Assembly (NCBI GenBank): GCA_963514005.1
Contig: OY740788.1
Location: 44,702,001-44,766,000, forward strand
Length of the DNA: 64,000 nucleotides
From: Raja brachyura
Taxonomy: Eukaryota
Reading direction: 5' to 3'
Of the stretch, positions 13,019 through 24,395 are shown in pieces. Below the pieces are notes generated by a model. It was not told where the DNA came from and ran no database searches. It saw nothing but the letters and a program-made list of their open reading frames with translations. The position numbers and the translations under genes were made by a program. Position 1 is the stretch's first letter; every line of letters starts with the position of its first letter.

Positions 13019-13918
13019 AACAGACCTATGTGGCTACCAGCCAATGTTATTTCAGAATTACAATGGTGGACAACCAATATTCGGCATTGCTCCAATACCA
13101 TGTTAGTCAGCAAACCTTCAGTTATATTACAAACTGATGCTAGTGCTCAAGGATGGGGAGCTACTAATACCTTCTCTAGTTGCGGAGGCAGATGGGATGT
13201 GCATGAGTCATCATTTCTTCAGTCATGTGATATTAATTAATTAGAGATGCTGGGAGCATTCTATGGGCTGAAGGCTTATTGTGTGAAGGCATCATCTGCA
13301 TGTTCAACTTCAGATTGACAACACTACAGCGGTGGCATATATTAATCACATGAAGGAACCAAGTCAGTATCCTGTGATCATTTGGCTAACCTTATTTGGC
13401 ACTGGTGTATTGTAAGAAGCATTTGGATTTCAGCTACCTACCTGCCAGGTAGGCTCAATATAGTGGCAGGCACCAGGTCACGGAAATTTCATGACAACAC
13501 AGAATGTATGTTGGATCATAAAGTGTTCACCGACATTGGTGCTTGGTATGGAATGTCGGATATTGATTTATTCGCATCCAGGCTTAATCACCATTTACCA
13601 AAGTATGTTGCATGGGAGCCAGATCCAGGCGCAGTGGCGATGGATGCATTCTTGCTACACTGGGGAGGAATATTCTTCTTTGCATTCCCTCCTTTTTGCC
13701 TCATCAGTCGGGTCTTGCAAAAGATCCAACAAGACTCCGCGTCAGACATTTTGGTAGTGCCTGACTGGCCTACACAGCCATGGTTCCCATTGATTTTGGG
13801 AATGATATCAGAGCCTTTTATGGCCATTCCCAAATGCAGTAATCTACTGGTTCATCCTGTAACTGGGGAGAGGCACCCATTACATGACCGAATACATTTG
13901 TTGATTTGCAGACTCTGA
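13019..13918 (+). pseudogene. DIRS RNase H and methyltransferase-like domain (3' part of pol)
   Basis: LQTDASAQGWGA (RNase H); ATYLPGRLN; DIDLFASRLNH, FAFPPF and LVVPDWPTQPWF (DIRS1 MT-like domain). Confidence 0.9.
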
Positions 13919-14885
13919 GGAGACCTTTCTTAGGGCTCGGACTGTCTGATCGAACTGTGGACGTGATCACTGCGGCTTGGAGAGATAGCACCAAGAAGCA
14001 GTACATCTCCTATATCAGGAGATGGGAAACATTCTGTTCACAGTCCAACATCACGTATGACACGGCACTTGTGACAGATGTCTTGGAATTTCTGTCCAGT
14101 CTATTTTTTGATGAAAGATTGAGTTTGCCATTAATTGTGCCAGGAGTGCATTGTCATCATACTTGTTGCTGGGTACGGGACACCATGCTGTTGGGTCGCA
14201 CCTGTTGATATCCAGGTTCATGAAGGGTATCTTCAACACCAATCCCCCCAGGTCAAGATACTCGGAGATATGGGATGTGAACATTGTACTGACACTGCTG
14301 CGGTGGTGGGCTCCAGCTACATCCTTGTCACTGGTCAAACACACTTTTAAAGTGGTTATGCTCATGCTGCTGGTTTTGGTGCAACAGGTCCAGCCATTGT
14401 ATAAACTGCGACTGGACACAATGGTTACATCTGACTGTAAAATAACTTTTTATGTGCATGACTTAGTCAACCAGAGCAGACCAGGGGTGTCAGGTCTCAA
14501 ATTAGAGTTTATGGCATACCCCGTGGACCTTCGGTTGTGTGTGGTCACACATCTACAACATTATATTAAGGTCACAAAAAGTCTCAGAGGCACTGAACTA
14601 GCAGTGTTTGTTAGTTACAAAAAACCTCACAAGAGGGTGTCAGTGCAGACCATCTCATGGTGGTTAAGACAGGTTTTGGCTTGTGCAGGTGTGGACACTG
14701 ATATTTTAAAATCTCACTCCACCAGGGCTGCAACAACATCAGCAGTGAGGGTTTTGGAGGTTCCACTGGACCACATCCTAACGGCGGCAGGATGGTCAAA
14801 CGAGAAAACTTTCCAAAGGTTTTATAACAAACCCATTGCCAGGCCGGGTGTGTTTGCTAATTCAATTTTAAGTTCTGTTTTATAA
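13906..14885 (+). pseudogene. DIRS tyrosine recombinase (YR), one frameshift near 14120-14150
   Basis: STKKQY..Y...W; RFMKGIFN..PP..RY..WDV; KSHSTRAA (HxxR); AAGWS..TFQRFYNKP (catalytic Y). Confidence 0.92.
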
Positions 14886-15068
14886 TTTACCCCGGATGTG
14901 AGGGGTCACTATTATTTTCATATATACCATTTTGTTTAATAAAAGCATCAGCATGCTTTAAATCTATGTCATATCTGAATGCATTATGATTTTCACTCCT
15001 CCTTTGTCAACTAATGCAGTGTGTTGCATGGACTCGTGTTCATGGCATGAAATCACAGCGCTTTGAAA

Positions 15069-15178
15069 TCTGCACATAGTCACTCACGTGACTCCGAAGT
15101 AAAATCGGACAATTAAATGAGAACTTACCAGTTTGCAGTTTGATCTTTATTTTATGAGGAGTTACGATGAGGGATTAC
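15069..15178 (+). other. Internal complementary region (ICR) of DIRS copy A
   Basis: First part complements 3959-3996; second part complements the terminal extension 15311-15390. Confidence 0.9.
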
Positions 15179-15563
15179 CAACCCTCTCTCATTAAGGTCA
15201 GCTGGTAGTTCTAGTTTCTCGAATCTTCCTATATTCAGTTCAACAAATGTTATCTGTTATTTCACACCGCTGCTTTGAAGATTGACGCGCATGCGGGCTG
15301 GCGGGCTCTTCACGTAATCCCTCATCGTAACTTCTCATAAAAATAAAGATCAAACTTCAAACTGGTAAGTTCTTGTTTAATCTTCCTATTATTCAAACCT
15401 ACAACAGTTAAACACATGCTTTTAGTAAGCAACTAGACTAAGTGGTGTGGGCTGAAGGGCCTGGTTTCATGAGGGCTAGTATGGACCTTGTCGGCCAAAT
15501 GGATTCTTGGGCTGGCGGCTCAGTCACTCAAGCCTGTTGTGCTGGCAGCTCACTCCTTGAAAT

Positions 15564-16024
15564 TCCATTTCAAGCAGGGTGCAAGACTACTAAAGTGAAG
15601 TGCAGTTTCATACCATTTCAAGCAAGGTGCAAGGCCACCAAGTTCAAGTGCAGTCCCATACCACTTAAAACAGGGTGCAAGGCCACCAAATTCAAGTGCA
15701 CTTTCATGCCACTTCAAGCAGGGTGCAAGGTCACCAAATTCAAGTGCAGTTTCGTGCCACTTCAAGCAGGGTGCAAGGCCACCAAATTCAAGTGCAGTTT
15801 CATACCACTTCAAGCAGGATGCAAGGCCACCAAATTCAAGGGTAAGTTTCAGACCACCAAGCAGGGTGCAAGGCCACCAAATTCAAGTGCAGTTTCATAC
15901 CACTTCAAGCAGGGTGCAAGGCCACCAAATTCAAGTGTAGTTTCATACCATTTTAAGCAGGGTGCAAGGCCACCAAATTCAAATGCAGTTTCATACCATT
16001 TCAAGCAGGTGCAAGGCCACTAAA
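15564..16024. repeat. 48-bp minisatellite, ~9 copies
   Basis: Unit ccacttcaagcagggtgcaaggccaccaaattcaagtgcagtttcata; 16-aa periodicity in overlapping ORFs. Confidence 0.95.
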
Positions 16025-16328
16025 GACAGAGACTCATAACCTCTCCCTCCCCCATCTTACAGAGACTGAGCCATGCTCACACTTCTGGGTTTATAGTCCC
16101 TCCCCCCTCCCACCACTTCATGGCGTGATTGAGAGGAGAGAGAATCTCAATATTTTTTAAACACTAATAACTCTTTTATTTTTCATCAATGGGAAAAATC
16201 CTCAGCACATTATGAGCGGAGGGGGAGTGAGTAAGATGGTGAAAAATGACATCTATACGTGGAAATGTTTTTTTCTAAAATCAATATGCAGTGCAAACAG
16301 GTCAAGATTAGACTTTTAATTATATAGA

Positions 16329-17030
16329 AGGCAACACCACTTTTCAAATAGGCAACACCAACTTTTGCATTTTTGAACTGAGGGCAACTTTTGCATTTTC
16401 GAACCGAAGGCAACTTTTGTATTTTCAAACCGAAGTCAACTTGTGCATTTTTGAACCAAATGCAAGTTTTGCATTTTCAATCAGAAGGCAACTTTTGCAT
16501 TTTCGACCCAAAGGCAACTTTTGCATTTTTGAACCGAAGGCACCTTTTGCATTTTCAAACCAAAGGCAACTTTTGCATTTTTGAACCAAAGGTAAATTTT
16601 GCATTTTCGAATTGAAGGCAACTTTTACATTTTCGAACCGAAGGCAACTTTTGCATTCTCGAACCAAAGGCAACTTTTGCATTTTCAATCAGAAGGCAAC
16701 TTTTGCATTTTTGACCTGAAGGCAACTTTTGCATTTTCGACCCAAAGGCAACTTTTGCATTTTCGAACCAAAGGCAACTTTTGTATTTTCAATCAGAAGG
16801 CAACTTTCGCATTTTCGATCCGAAGGCAACTTTTGCATTTTCGACCCGAAGGCAACTTTTGCATTTTCGAACCAAAGGCAACGTTTGCATTTTCGAACCA
16901 AAGGCAATGTTTGCATTTTCGAACCAAAGGCAACTTTTGCATTTTGGAACTGAAGGCAACTTTTGCATTTTGAATCCAGGCAACTTTTGCATTTTCAAAC
17001 CAAAAACACTTTTGCTTTTTCAAACTACAT
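16329..17030. repeat. 26-bp minisatellite, ~25 copies
   Basis: Unit aaggcaacttttgcattttcgaacc(a/g). Confidence 0.95.
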
Positions 17031-18039
17031 TTTCAAACCACATTCAGGGCACTCACAGGTCAATAGACACATAAAACTACACTCACAGTTTAGTAGGCAT
17101 GTGTTTAGTTTTATTCGCAGCTCAGACTGAGAGTCGTGAGCTCTCACTCCCCCATCTTGCAGAGAACTGAGGTACCTCCACACTTCCGGATTTTATAGTC
17201 GCTCCTCCATCCCACCAGAAGGGGTGTGGCCTTCATGGCATGATTGGCAGGAGAGAGAATCTCAACATTTTAAAAACATTAATAAGTTTTTTATTTTTCA
17301 TCGATGGAAAAATCTTTGTGTCCTACGCAGTGGAGGGGGACTCTGAGTAAGATGGCCAAAATTCACAGCCGTAAGTGGTCACGATTTTTCTAAAATCAAT
17401 ATGCAGTGCAAACAGGAAGTCGTCAAGATCAGAGTTTTAATTATATAGATAATATTGGCACGGCAATCTATTTTCCTGCTGACTTTCATTTTATTTAATG
17501 AGTTAAATCTTTTTAACTTTATTACTAGGTTGAAAAGAAAACATGCCCAGCTTCTAAGGTTGTGTAATTGCTCATTACCTGGCCACTGCTGATACAAATA
17601 TACTGGGACTGGCAAATTAAAACAAAATCATCAGAAAATTTGAAAAGGTTTTTTTTAATAGATCAAGAACATCAATGGAACTGCCCAGCTGGATGATAAT
17701 CTTTATTTTAACCCCATACAGAAAAGGCAAATAGAAGTGACCGAATAAACCGGTCCCTCAGAAGATGCCGCTGCATCCGCACTATTGAAGATGCATTAAA
17801 AATATGGTGCAAATTTACTTTGATTTATTTAAGCACACCATTCAACTGAAGCAATTATTTTGTCATTGACTGCATTGTTGAACATGTGCACAGAGAATAT
17901 TCTTCCTGCTCCGCACCTCAGTGATGATTCGCAGAGATTTTCTACGTATTGTGACAACCAGCAGATATGAAATCTGCCAAAACAATAACCGATATATTTT
18001 AAAATAAGCCAAATGACACGAATATTGCTTGCAATAAAT

Positions 18040-18465
18040 TCCCACACTCCAAAGATATACAGGTTTGTATGTTCATTGTCATTGGTATCCCTGGTGTGTA
18101 GGACAATGCTAGTGTGCGCTGGTCGGCACACATTCAGTGGGCAGAAGAGCCTGTTTTCACGCTGAAACTTTAAATTATACTAGGAGGGGGGCACAGTGGC
18201 GTAGTGGTAGAATTGTTGCCTTACATCATCAGTGACCTGGGTTCGATCCTGACCACGGGTGCTGTCAGTACAGAGTTTGTATGTTTCCCTGTGACCGCGT
18301 GGGTTTTCTCCAGGTGTTCCTGTTTCCTCCCACACTCCAAAGATGTACAGGTTTTTGGGTTAAAAAATTGGAATTGACCCTAATGTGTAGGATAGTTCTC
18401 GTGTATGTGGTGATCACTGGTCGGCGTGGTCAACGGTCATCAGAAGGGCCTATTTCCACATTGTG
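18040..18465 (+). mobile_element. Two adjacent HE1-type V-SINEs (5'-truncated copy plus near-complete copy from 18187)
   Basis: ggcacagtggcgtagtggtaga (A box), gggttcgatcctgac (B box), cctcccacactccaaagatgtacagg. Confidence 0.8.
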
Positions 18466-18859
18466 AGATTTGTAAAGGGAGATCCAGAAATTGAAATCAG
18501 CTGAAGGATATTTAATAAGAGATGGGTAACCAGACTTCTTGCTACAAGGGATCTATTGCAGTGATACGGAGCAGACAATGACCCACAATGCCATTGTAAT
18601 TAGAGGCAGGGCAAACGTCCTTAGTTTGTTCACCCATGACTGGTCAGTAAATCTCTTGTGTATCGAAAATCCTGTGCTGTTGGAAAGCCATCCTAAAGAT
18701 TGTTGCCTTGTTGTTCACAGACACAGTGACCTCTCTTCAAGATCCCTGCTGTCTCTTGAATGGACTCTTCCATGAAAACCCTTTCAGAAAGCTCTCAATG
18801 GCCTAATCACATGCAACAAACCATCAAACCTGCACCTTAGGAAACAGCTTTTCAGTTGG

Positions 18860-19183
18860 CTCTTGGACCTCCTGGATGTTGAGAGAAAGTTTCCACCAGT
18901 AAGAGAGTCTGGGACCAAACCTCATAGACTCAGAATAAAAGGACGTACTAGAAATGAGATGAGGAGGAATTTCTTTTATCATGGTGGTGAATCTGTGGAA
19001 TTCATTGCCACGGACAGCTGTGCAGACCATCAGTGGTATTTTTAAGGCGCAGATTGCCAGATTCATGATTGGTGCGGTTGTCGGGGATTATGGGGAGAAG
19101 GCAAGAGAATGGGGTTGAGAGGAAAAGATAGATCAGCCATGATTGAATGGTGGGGATAAATTGATGGGCTGAATGGCCTAATT
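18860..19183 (+). mobile_element. CR1 LINE 3' end split by DIRS copy B (resumes at 23770-23790)
   Basis: FPPVRESGTKPHRLRIKG..MRRNFF; tail gatgggctgaatggcctaatt continues as ctgctcctataacttatga after the DIRS. Confidence 0.85.
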
Positions 19184-19334
19184 TTACTTCGGAGTCACGT
19201 GAGTGACTACGTGAAGACCCCGCCAGCACGCATGCGCGACATATCGTCGTTCGCATGCGGAAGCGGCAGTCGGGAGGAGCGGGGCTCCTCCAGCGTAAGT
19301 TTATCAAAACTTACGAACGGTAAGACTCACCGGA

Positions 19335-20505
19335 GTGGTGAGCGCGGCGGAAAGAGCAGCGGCAAGAGCTGCTGCCATAGAGAGCAGCCAGCAGCGTGCC
19401 GCTTCTCCTGAGCTGCAGGTGCTACCTGCAGCTCCCGACTTCTCGCCCGGGAGGGCCGCTGGTTCGCCACGGACAGGCGGTAAATCCACCCGGAAGCCGG
19501 ACGGGACTGCCGACTCAGCTGGGTCCAGTCCCGAGGACACCCCATTCGCTGTTAGCGACGGAGGTCGTCTTACCCGCATGAAGCGGATGGTGGAGCTATT
19601 GCTCCAGCGTGACCTGCTTTTGCAGGGGCAGGGTCACAGTGGGCCTCTTCGCAGGCCCACGGCAGGATCCTTTTATGGACTGCCTAATGTCTCACCCTCT
19701 TCGCAGGGGAGCATTGGGGGTCAGAACTGGGCTGACCCTGAAGATGGGGAGTTGGCTGAACAACCAACAGTGTCAGGGGTGCAAGAAGAGTTACTGGATA
19801 TGGTAAGCAAAAATGCAGTTCCTTCTCAAAAAGGTCTACCTATCCACCCTAAGCTGGCAGCTAGTATCAATTATATGACTACAAACCAGCTTCAGGAGCA
19901 GGCCATCAATGCTACAGCTGATAAGTATCTTGCTCCTGAAAATTGTAACTCGCTGATTGTTCCCGCGGTGAATAACCCTATTTGGGGGAACATGAGCCCT
20001 ACGATTAGAGGGCAAGGAGTCAAACTTCAGAGGATCCTGAAGCTTTTGACCGCCGGAATTACGGCAGTGGCCAGAACTGTGGTAGGTATAGAGCTACCGG
20101 TAGCATTACAGAATGCTCTGGCCTTACTGTGTAACACACAGTTTGAGATAATAACTACAGGAAGAGCATTATCAAACCGGCACTCAACCCCAAAATTGCG
20201 GGGTTATGCAAACCAGGTAACGCTCAACCACCAAATCTGCTGTGCGGAGATAACCTCCCCAAACAGGTGAAAGACCTGGACGAAGAGGCCAAGGCCATAG
20301 GCCTGATAAAGGTACCCAGTACCTCCAAACCGCACTACCAACAGCGACAGCACCCCTACACACCCACCGGACAGCGATATCGTCCGGTGGTGAAAGCTCG
20401 AAGGCCGGCCCACCTGCACAACAGCCTTTTTTAGGCCATGGCCCAGCCCGGCCTTCTTAGAAAATGCGCCACCCCTACAACGCAGCAACTCAACAGAAGA
20501 AATAA
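19335..20505 (+). pseudogene. DIRS ORF1 (gag-like), frameshifted near 20160
   Basis: Low-complexity N-terminus, then homology to ORF 4121; LPKQVKDLDEEAKAIGL continues in a shifted frame. Confidence 0.8.
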
Positions 20506-20537
20506 CGGTGGTATTGGACCGCAACACCGGCAATACC

Positions 20538-22355
20538 TTGGAGGTAGGTGGGTCTGCCTCCCCCAGGAACATCATTTTGTCTAAATTCATCTTATGGGGG
20601 AGGCCGGTTGCACTTGTTTTATGAAGTATGGTGCACTTTTACCTCTGATCCTTACATGCTCGGAAGTATTCAGGGCTATAAAATTGAATTAATTTACGAA
20701 CTCCCTATCCCGGTCCAGCATTCGCCTAGCCGAAAGTTTATGCTTTCACAAAAAGAAAGAACGGCGGGCCATGCTGAACTATTAAGACTAATTAGCAAAG
20801 GGGTAATTGAGAGAACCACCAGAGAATCACAGGAGTTCGTATCTAATATATTTACCAAAAATAAAAAGATGGCGGATGCCGCATAATCATAGACCTGACC
20901 GAACTGAATACTTCTGTGCAGTATGTTCATTTCAAAATGGACACTTTCGACACAGCCAGACAGCTAATAGCTAATGGGTACTACATGGCATGCATTGACC
21001 TCAAAGATGCATACTATTCAGTACCAATACACAAGGATCATAGGAAATACCTTAAATTTATCTGGATGGGACAATTATGGCAATATAAAGCCTTACCCAA
21101 TGGGTTATCATCAGCACCCAGGCTGTTCACCAAATTATTGAAACCAGCTTTGGCCTATTTAAGGAAACAAAATCATACTGTTATGGCCTACCTTGATGAT
21201 ATCCTCATTGTCGGGGAGAATTTGGAAACGGCTACATTGGCAGTTCTAGCCACAAAACATCTCTTTCAATAGCTGGGGTTCATCATACATCCAGATAAAT
21301 CAAAGTTGGAACCCTCCACTACCATGGATTACTTGGGGTTCACCATTGACTCGGTGCAAATGTCTACCACCTTACCACCAAACAAGGTGGTGGACTTGAT
21401 AGAAGCTTGCAGAAGCCTTACTGGCATCCGGGATCCATCCATACAGCAGGTGGCCATGGTAACTGGGAAGATAGTGGCTGCTTTTCCCGCAGCGCAATTC
21501 GGACCACTACATTATCAAAACCTACAAAGAGCTAAAATTATAGCTCTCAAAAGTCATGCATGCCATTTCGACAGGCCTATGAAGTTATCAGAAAAGGTAG
21601 AGTTGAATTAAATTGGTGGATAGAAAATGCTTAATTCTGTTCCAAACCCATCACTATCATGAATCCCTCGGTTACATTACAGACTGATGCCAGTGTTAAA
21701 GGTGGGGAGCAGCTAATACCACCACTAGTTGTGGTGGCAGATGGAGTGCACAAGATTTAACCCTGTTGGGAGCACTAGGGATTAATTATCTAGAAATACT
21801 GGGAGCATTTCATGGACACCGGGCCTACTGCTTAGATATGCACCAGTTGCATGTACGGTTACAAATTAATAATACCACAGTGGTGGCCTATATTAATCAT
21901 ATGTATGGAATAAAATCGATATCATGTGATGAATTGCCTAATTATATCTGGCACTGGTGTCTGGATAAGAGATTTGGATCTCAGCCACTTACCTTTCAGG
22001 TAAACTAAATACGGTGGCGAACACCAGGTCACGCAATTCAACGACAACATTGAATGGATGTTGGATCGGGACCCGGGGCCAGTAGCGATGGATGTTTCTC
22101 GCTGCATTGGGGGGATTGTTGCTATGCATTTCCCCCCTTCTGCCTCATCAGTCGGGTCTTACAAATAATTAAATAGACTCCGCAACGGGTATTTCGGGTT
22201 TCCCGACTGGCCTACCCAACCATGGTCCCCAGCAGTACAAAGATGGCCGCAGAACACTGCTTTCGGATCCTCAAACGGCCGGGCCTGTTGGCACACCCTG
22301 TGACGGGTAAGTCATCCGTGCCATGATCGCATGAACCTATTGATGCTGATTCTGA
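20538..22355 (+). pseudogene. DIRS pol (RT-RNase H-MT), multiple stops and frameshifts
   Basis: GGRLHLF, HFKMDT, IDLKDAYYSVPIH, YKALPNGLSSAPRLFTK, YLDDIL, TDAS, INYLE, YAFPPF. Confidence 0.92.
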
Positions 22356-23262
22356 ACAGGCCATTTCTGGACTTCGGACTCTCCGACAGGACGATCAATG
22401 TCATCACATCGTCGTGCAGGGAGTCCACCAGGGACAGCACTGACATTTGTCAGAAGATGGGAGTGTTCTGCTTTAGAACAAACACTTCATATGACTCGGC
22501 CACCCTTCATTCCATGAAGGTTTGAGCTACAGTGCCATTAAATTTGCAAGGAGTGCCCTACCTACTAACCTGGACCGAGGGAGTGATCACCTGCCTATAG
22601 GATCACACCCACTGGTATCATACTGATGAGGGGTATTAATTCTATTCCCCCAGGACCAGATACACCCATTCATGGGACTTAGGCATAGAATTTACTATGC
22701 TTCGAGGATGGACACCAATATCGGGGCTCACTCTGGATAACTACATATAATATGGTTATGTTTATGGCACTTGTAACAGCTCAACGGGTCCAGTCTTATA
22801 AAGCTAAGTATGTATGCCATGGGTTTACCTATGGTAGATAACCTTTCTGATACAGGGGGACTCAAACTATATCGACCCAGTTCCTCTGGCCTAAAATTAT
22901 CATTCTGGCCTACCCTGCAGATAGTCGTCTCTGCATTGTGACATATATTTTACGATATAGAAGGAACCAGTAATCTAGGGGCTCGGAGAGGACTTTACCC
23001 ATAAGCCACAAACGCCCTCATCATAAGGTCACAGTGCAAGCCACTTCGAGTTGGTTTAGGGTGGTATTGGGTGCAGCGGAGATGGACACTGATGATTAAA
23101 TCTCACTCCACCAGGGCTGCATCCACGTCGGCGGCTAGGATGATGGGAGTTCATATGGACCACATCCTTGCTACAGCGGGTTGGAGCAGTGTACGGACTA
23201 TTCAGCACTTCTATTATAAACCCGTGGCCGCTCCGGAGACATTTGCAGGGGGAATATGTTAA
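22349..23262 (+). pseudogene. DIRS tyrosine recombinase, heavily degraded
   Basis: RPFLDFGLSDRTINVIT; KSHSTRAASTSAA; ATAGWSS..TIQHFYYKP. Confidence 0.88.
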
Positions 23263-23435
23263 GTTTTCTGTTACATGATTTACCCAATGTGGGGCATATC
23301 ATTTTAGGTATGATTAAATACCTTCTTTGTTTTTCAGCACAGTATCATGTCTGAAATACGTTCATCCTCCATCACTAGCATGGCAGTGTGTGAGCTTGGA
23401 CTCGTTCCAGGGCATGAAATCACAGAGCTTTGAAA

Positions 23436-23548
23436 TCTTCACGTAGTCACTCACGTGACTCCGAAGTAAAATAGTAAGATTAAATGAGAACTTACCAGTT
23501 TGAAGTTTGATCTTTATTTTATGAGGAGTTACGATGAGGGATTACGTG
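23436..23548 (+). other. ICR of DIRS copy B
   Basis: Reverse complement of the joined element ends (...cttactATTttacttcgg...). Confidence 0.95.
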
Positions 23549-24077
23549 CCCTCCGCTCCCAGAACCCTCTATTATAAAGTTCAACTGGTATGGAAGTTCT
23601 CTCTTATCTTACTATATTAGTCTACGTTGCTATCTGTGATTTCACACCACTGCTTTGAAGAATGTCGCGCATGCGTGCTGGCGGGGTCTTCACGTAATCC
23701 CTCATCGTAACTCCTCATAAAATAAAGATCAAACTTCAAACTGGTAAGTTCTCATTTAATCTTACTATTCTGCTCCTATAACTTATGAATTAATGTTGTG
23801 TTTGTCTCATTCTCTCTGAGATATTAGAAAAATCAATAGTAATTCATATTAACAACAAAAAAAAGCAAGTTCAATGGCACTTTATTGTCACATGTACTTA
23901 GTGAAATTATTTTTTTGCTTACAATTCAATAAAATCTTATTATACATAAGCACAATTATACCAAGAGTATAAAAATACTAATTTACAATAGGACAGTGCA
24001 CAAGAGTCACCATTTTTCTGGCACCACTTGTATCCTTCAAGTTTCAAAGTTCTTAAAAGTATTATCTTGGCTTTAAT

Positions 24078-24395
24078 TTGGTTTAGTTTAGTTTAGTTTA
24101 GTTTAGTTTAGATATACAGCATGGAAACAGGCCCTTCGGCCCATCGAGTGCGTGCCGACGAATGATCACCCATACACTAGTTCTACCCTACACACTAGGG
24201 CCAATTTTTACAGAAGCTAGTTAACCTACAAACCTGCATGTCTTTGGATTGTGGGAGGAAACCCGAGCACCCAGAGAAAACTCACTTGTTCACAGGGAGA
24301 ACATGCAAACTTCATACAGATGACACCTGTACTCAGGATTGAACCATGGTCTCTGGTGCTGTAAAAAAGCTACTCTACTGCTGTGCCACTGTGCC
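24078..24395 (-). mobile_element. HE1-type V-SINE with (tttag)n tail
   Basis: gatatacagcatggaaacaggcccttcggccc...tgtgggaggaaacccgagcacccagagaaaa...ctgtgccactgtgcc. Confidence 0.82.

Larger units (their letters stand above)
3959..15390 (+). mobile_element. DIRS1-type tyrosine-recombinase retrotransposon (copy A); full-length, disabled, with two nested insertions
   Basis: Left ITR 3986-4018 is the reverse complement of right ITR 15284-15316 (1 mismatch); ICR 15069-15178 complementary to both termini; gag, RT, RNase H, MT, YR in canonical order. Confidence 0.95.
15433..17449 (-). mobile_element. Non-autonomous Helitron candidate containing two minisatellites
   Basis: Minus strand starts A|TCTATATAATT (17449) and ends CTAG|T (15433); no TSD; ~300-bp 5' module duplicated (~16030-16328, ~17125-17449); 3' hairpin not evident. 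Confidence 0.62.
19181..23769 (+). mobile_element. DIRS1-type retrotransposon (copy B), full-length 4589 bp, disabled
   Basis: Left ITR 19208-19242 is the perfect reverse complement of 23662-23696; ICR 23436-23548 complements 19181-19217 and 23691-23769. Confidence 0.97.

Noticed and set aside
13382-13918. Adenine methyltransferase-like motifs next to a phage-integrase-like ORF, suggesting prokaryotic DNA or a defence system
   Set aside because: MT and YR domains are standard components of DIRS1 retrotransposons
15442-17074. Cys/Lys/Phe-rich repetitive ORFs on both strands; CRISPR-like periodicity
   Set aside because: Translation artefacts of the 48-bp and 26-bp minisatellites; units are contiguous with no unique spacers, and the context is eukaryotic with no cas genes
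18187-18260. tRNA-like A and B boxes (also in the other SINE heads)
   Set aside because: They continue into V-domain and CR1-tail sequence, so they are SINE heads, not tRNA genes
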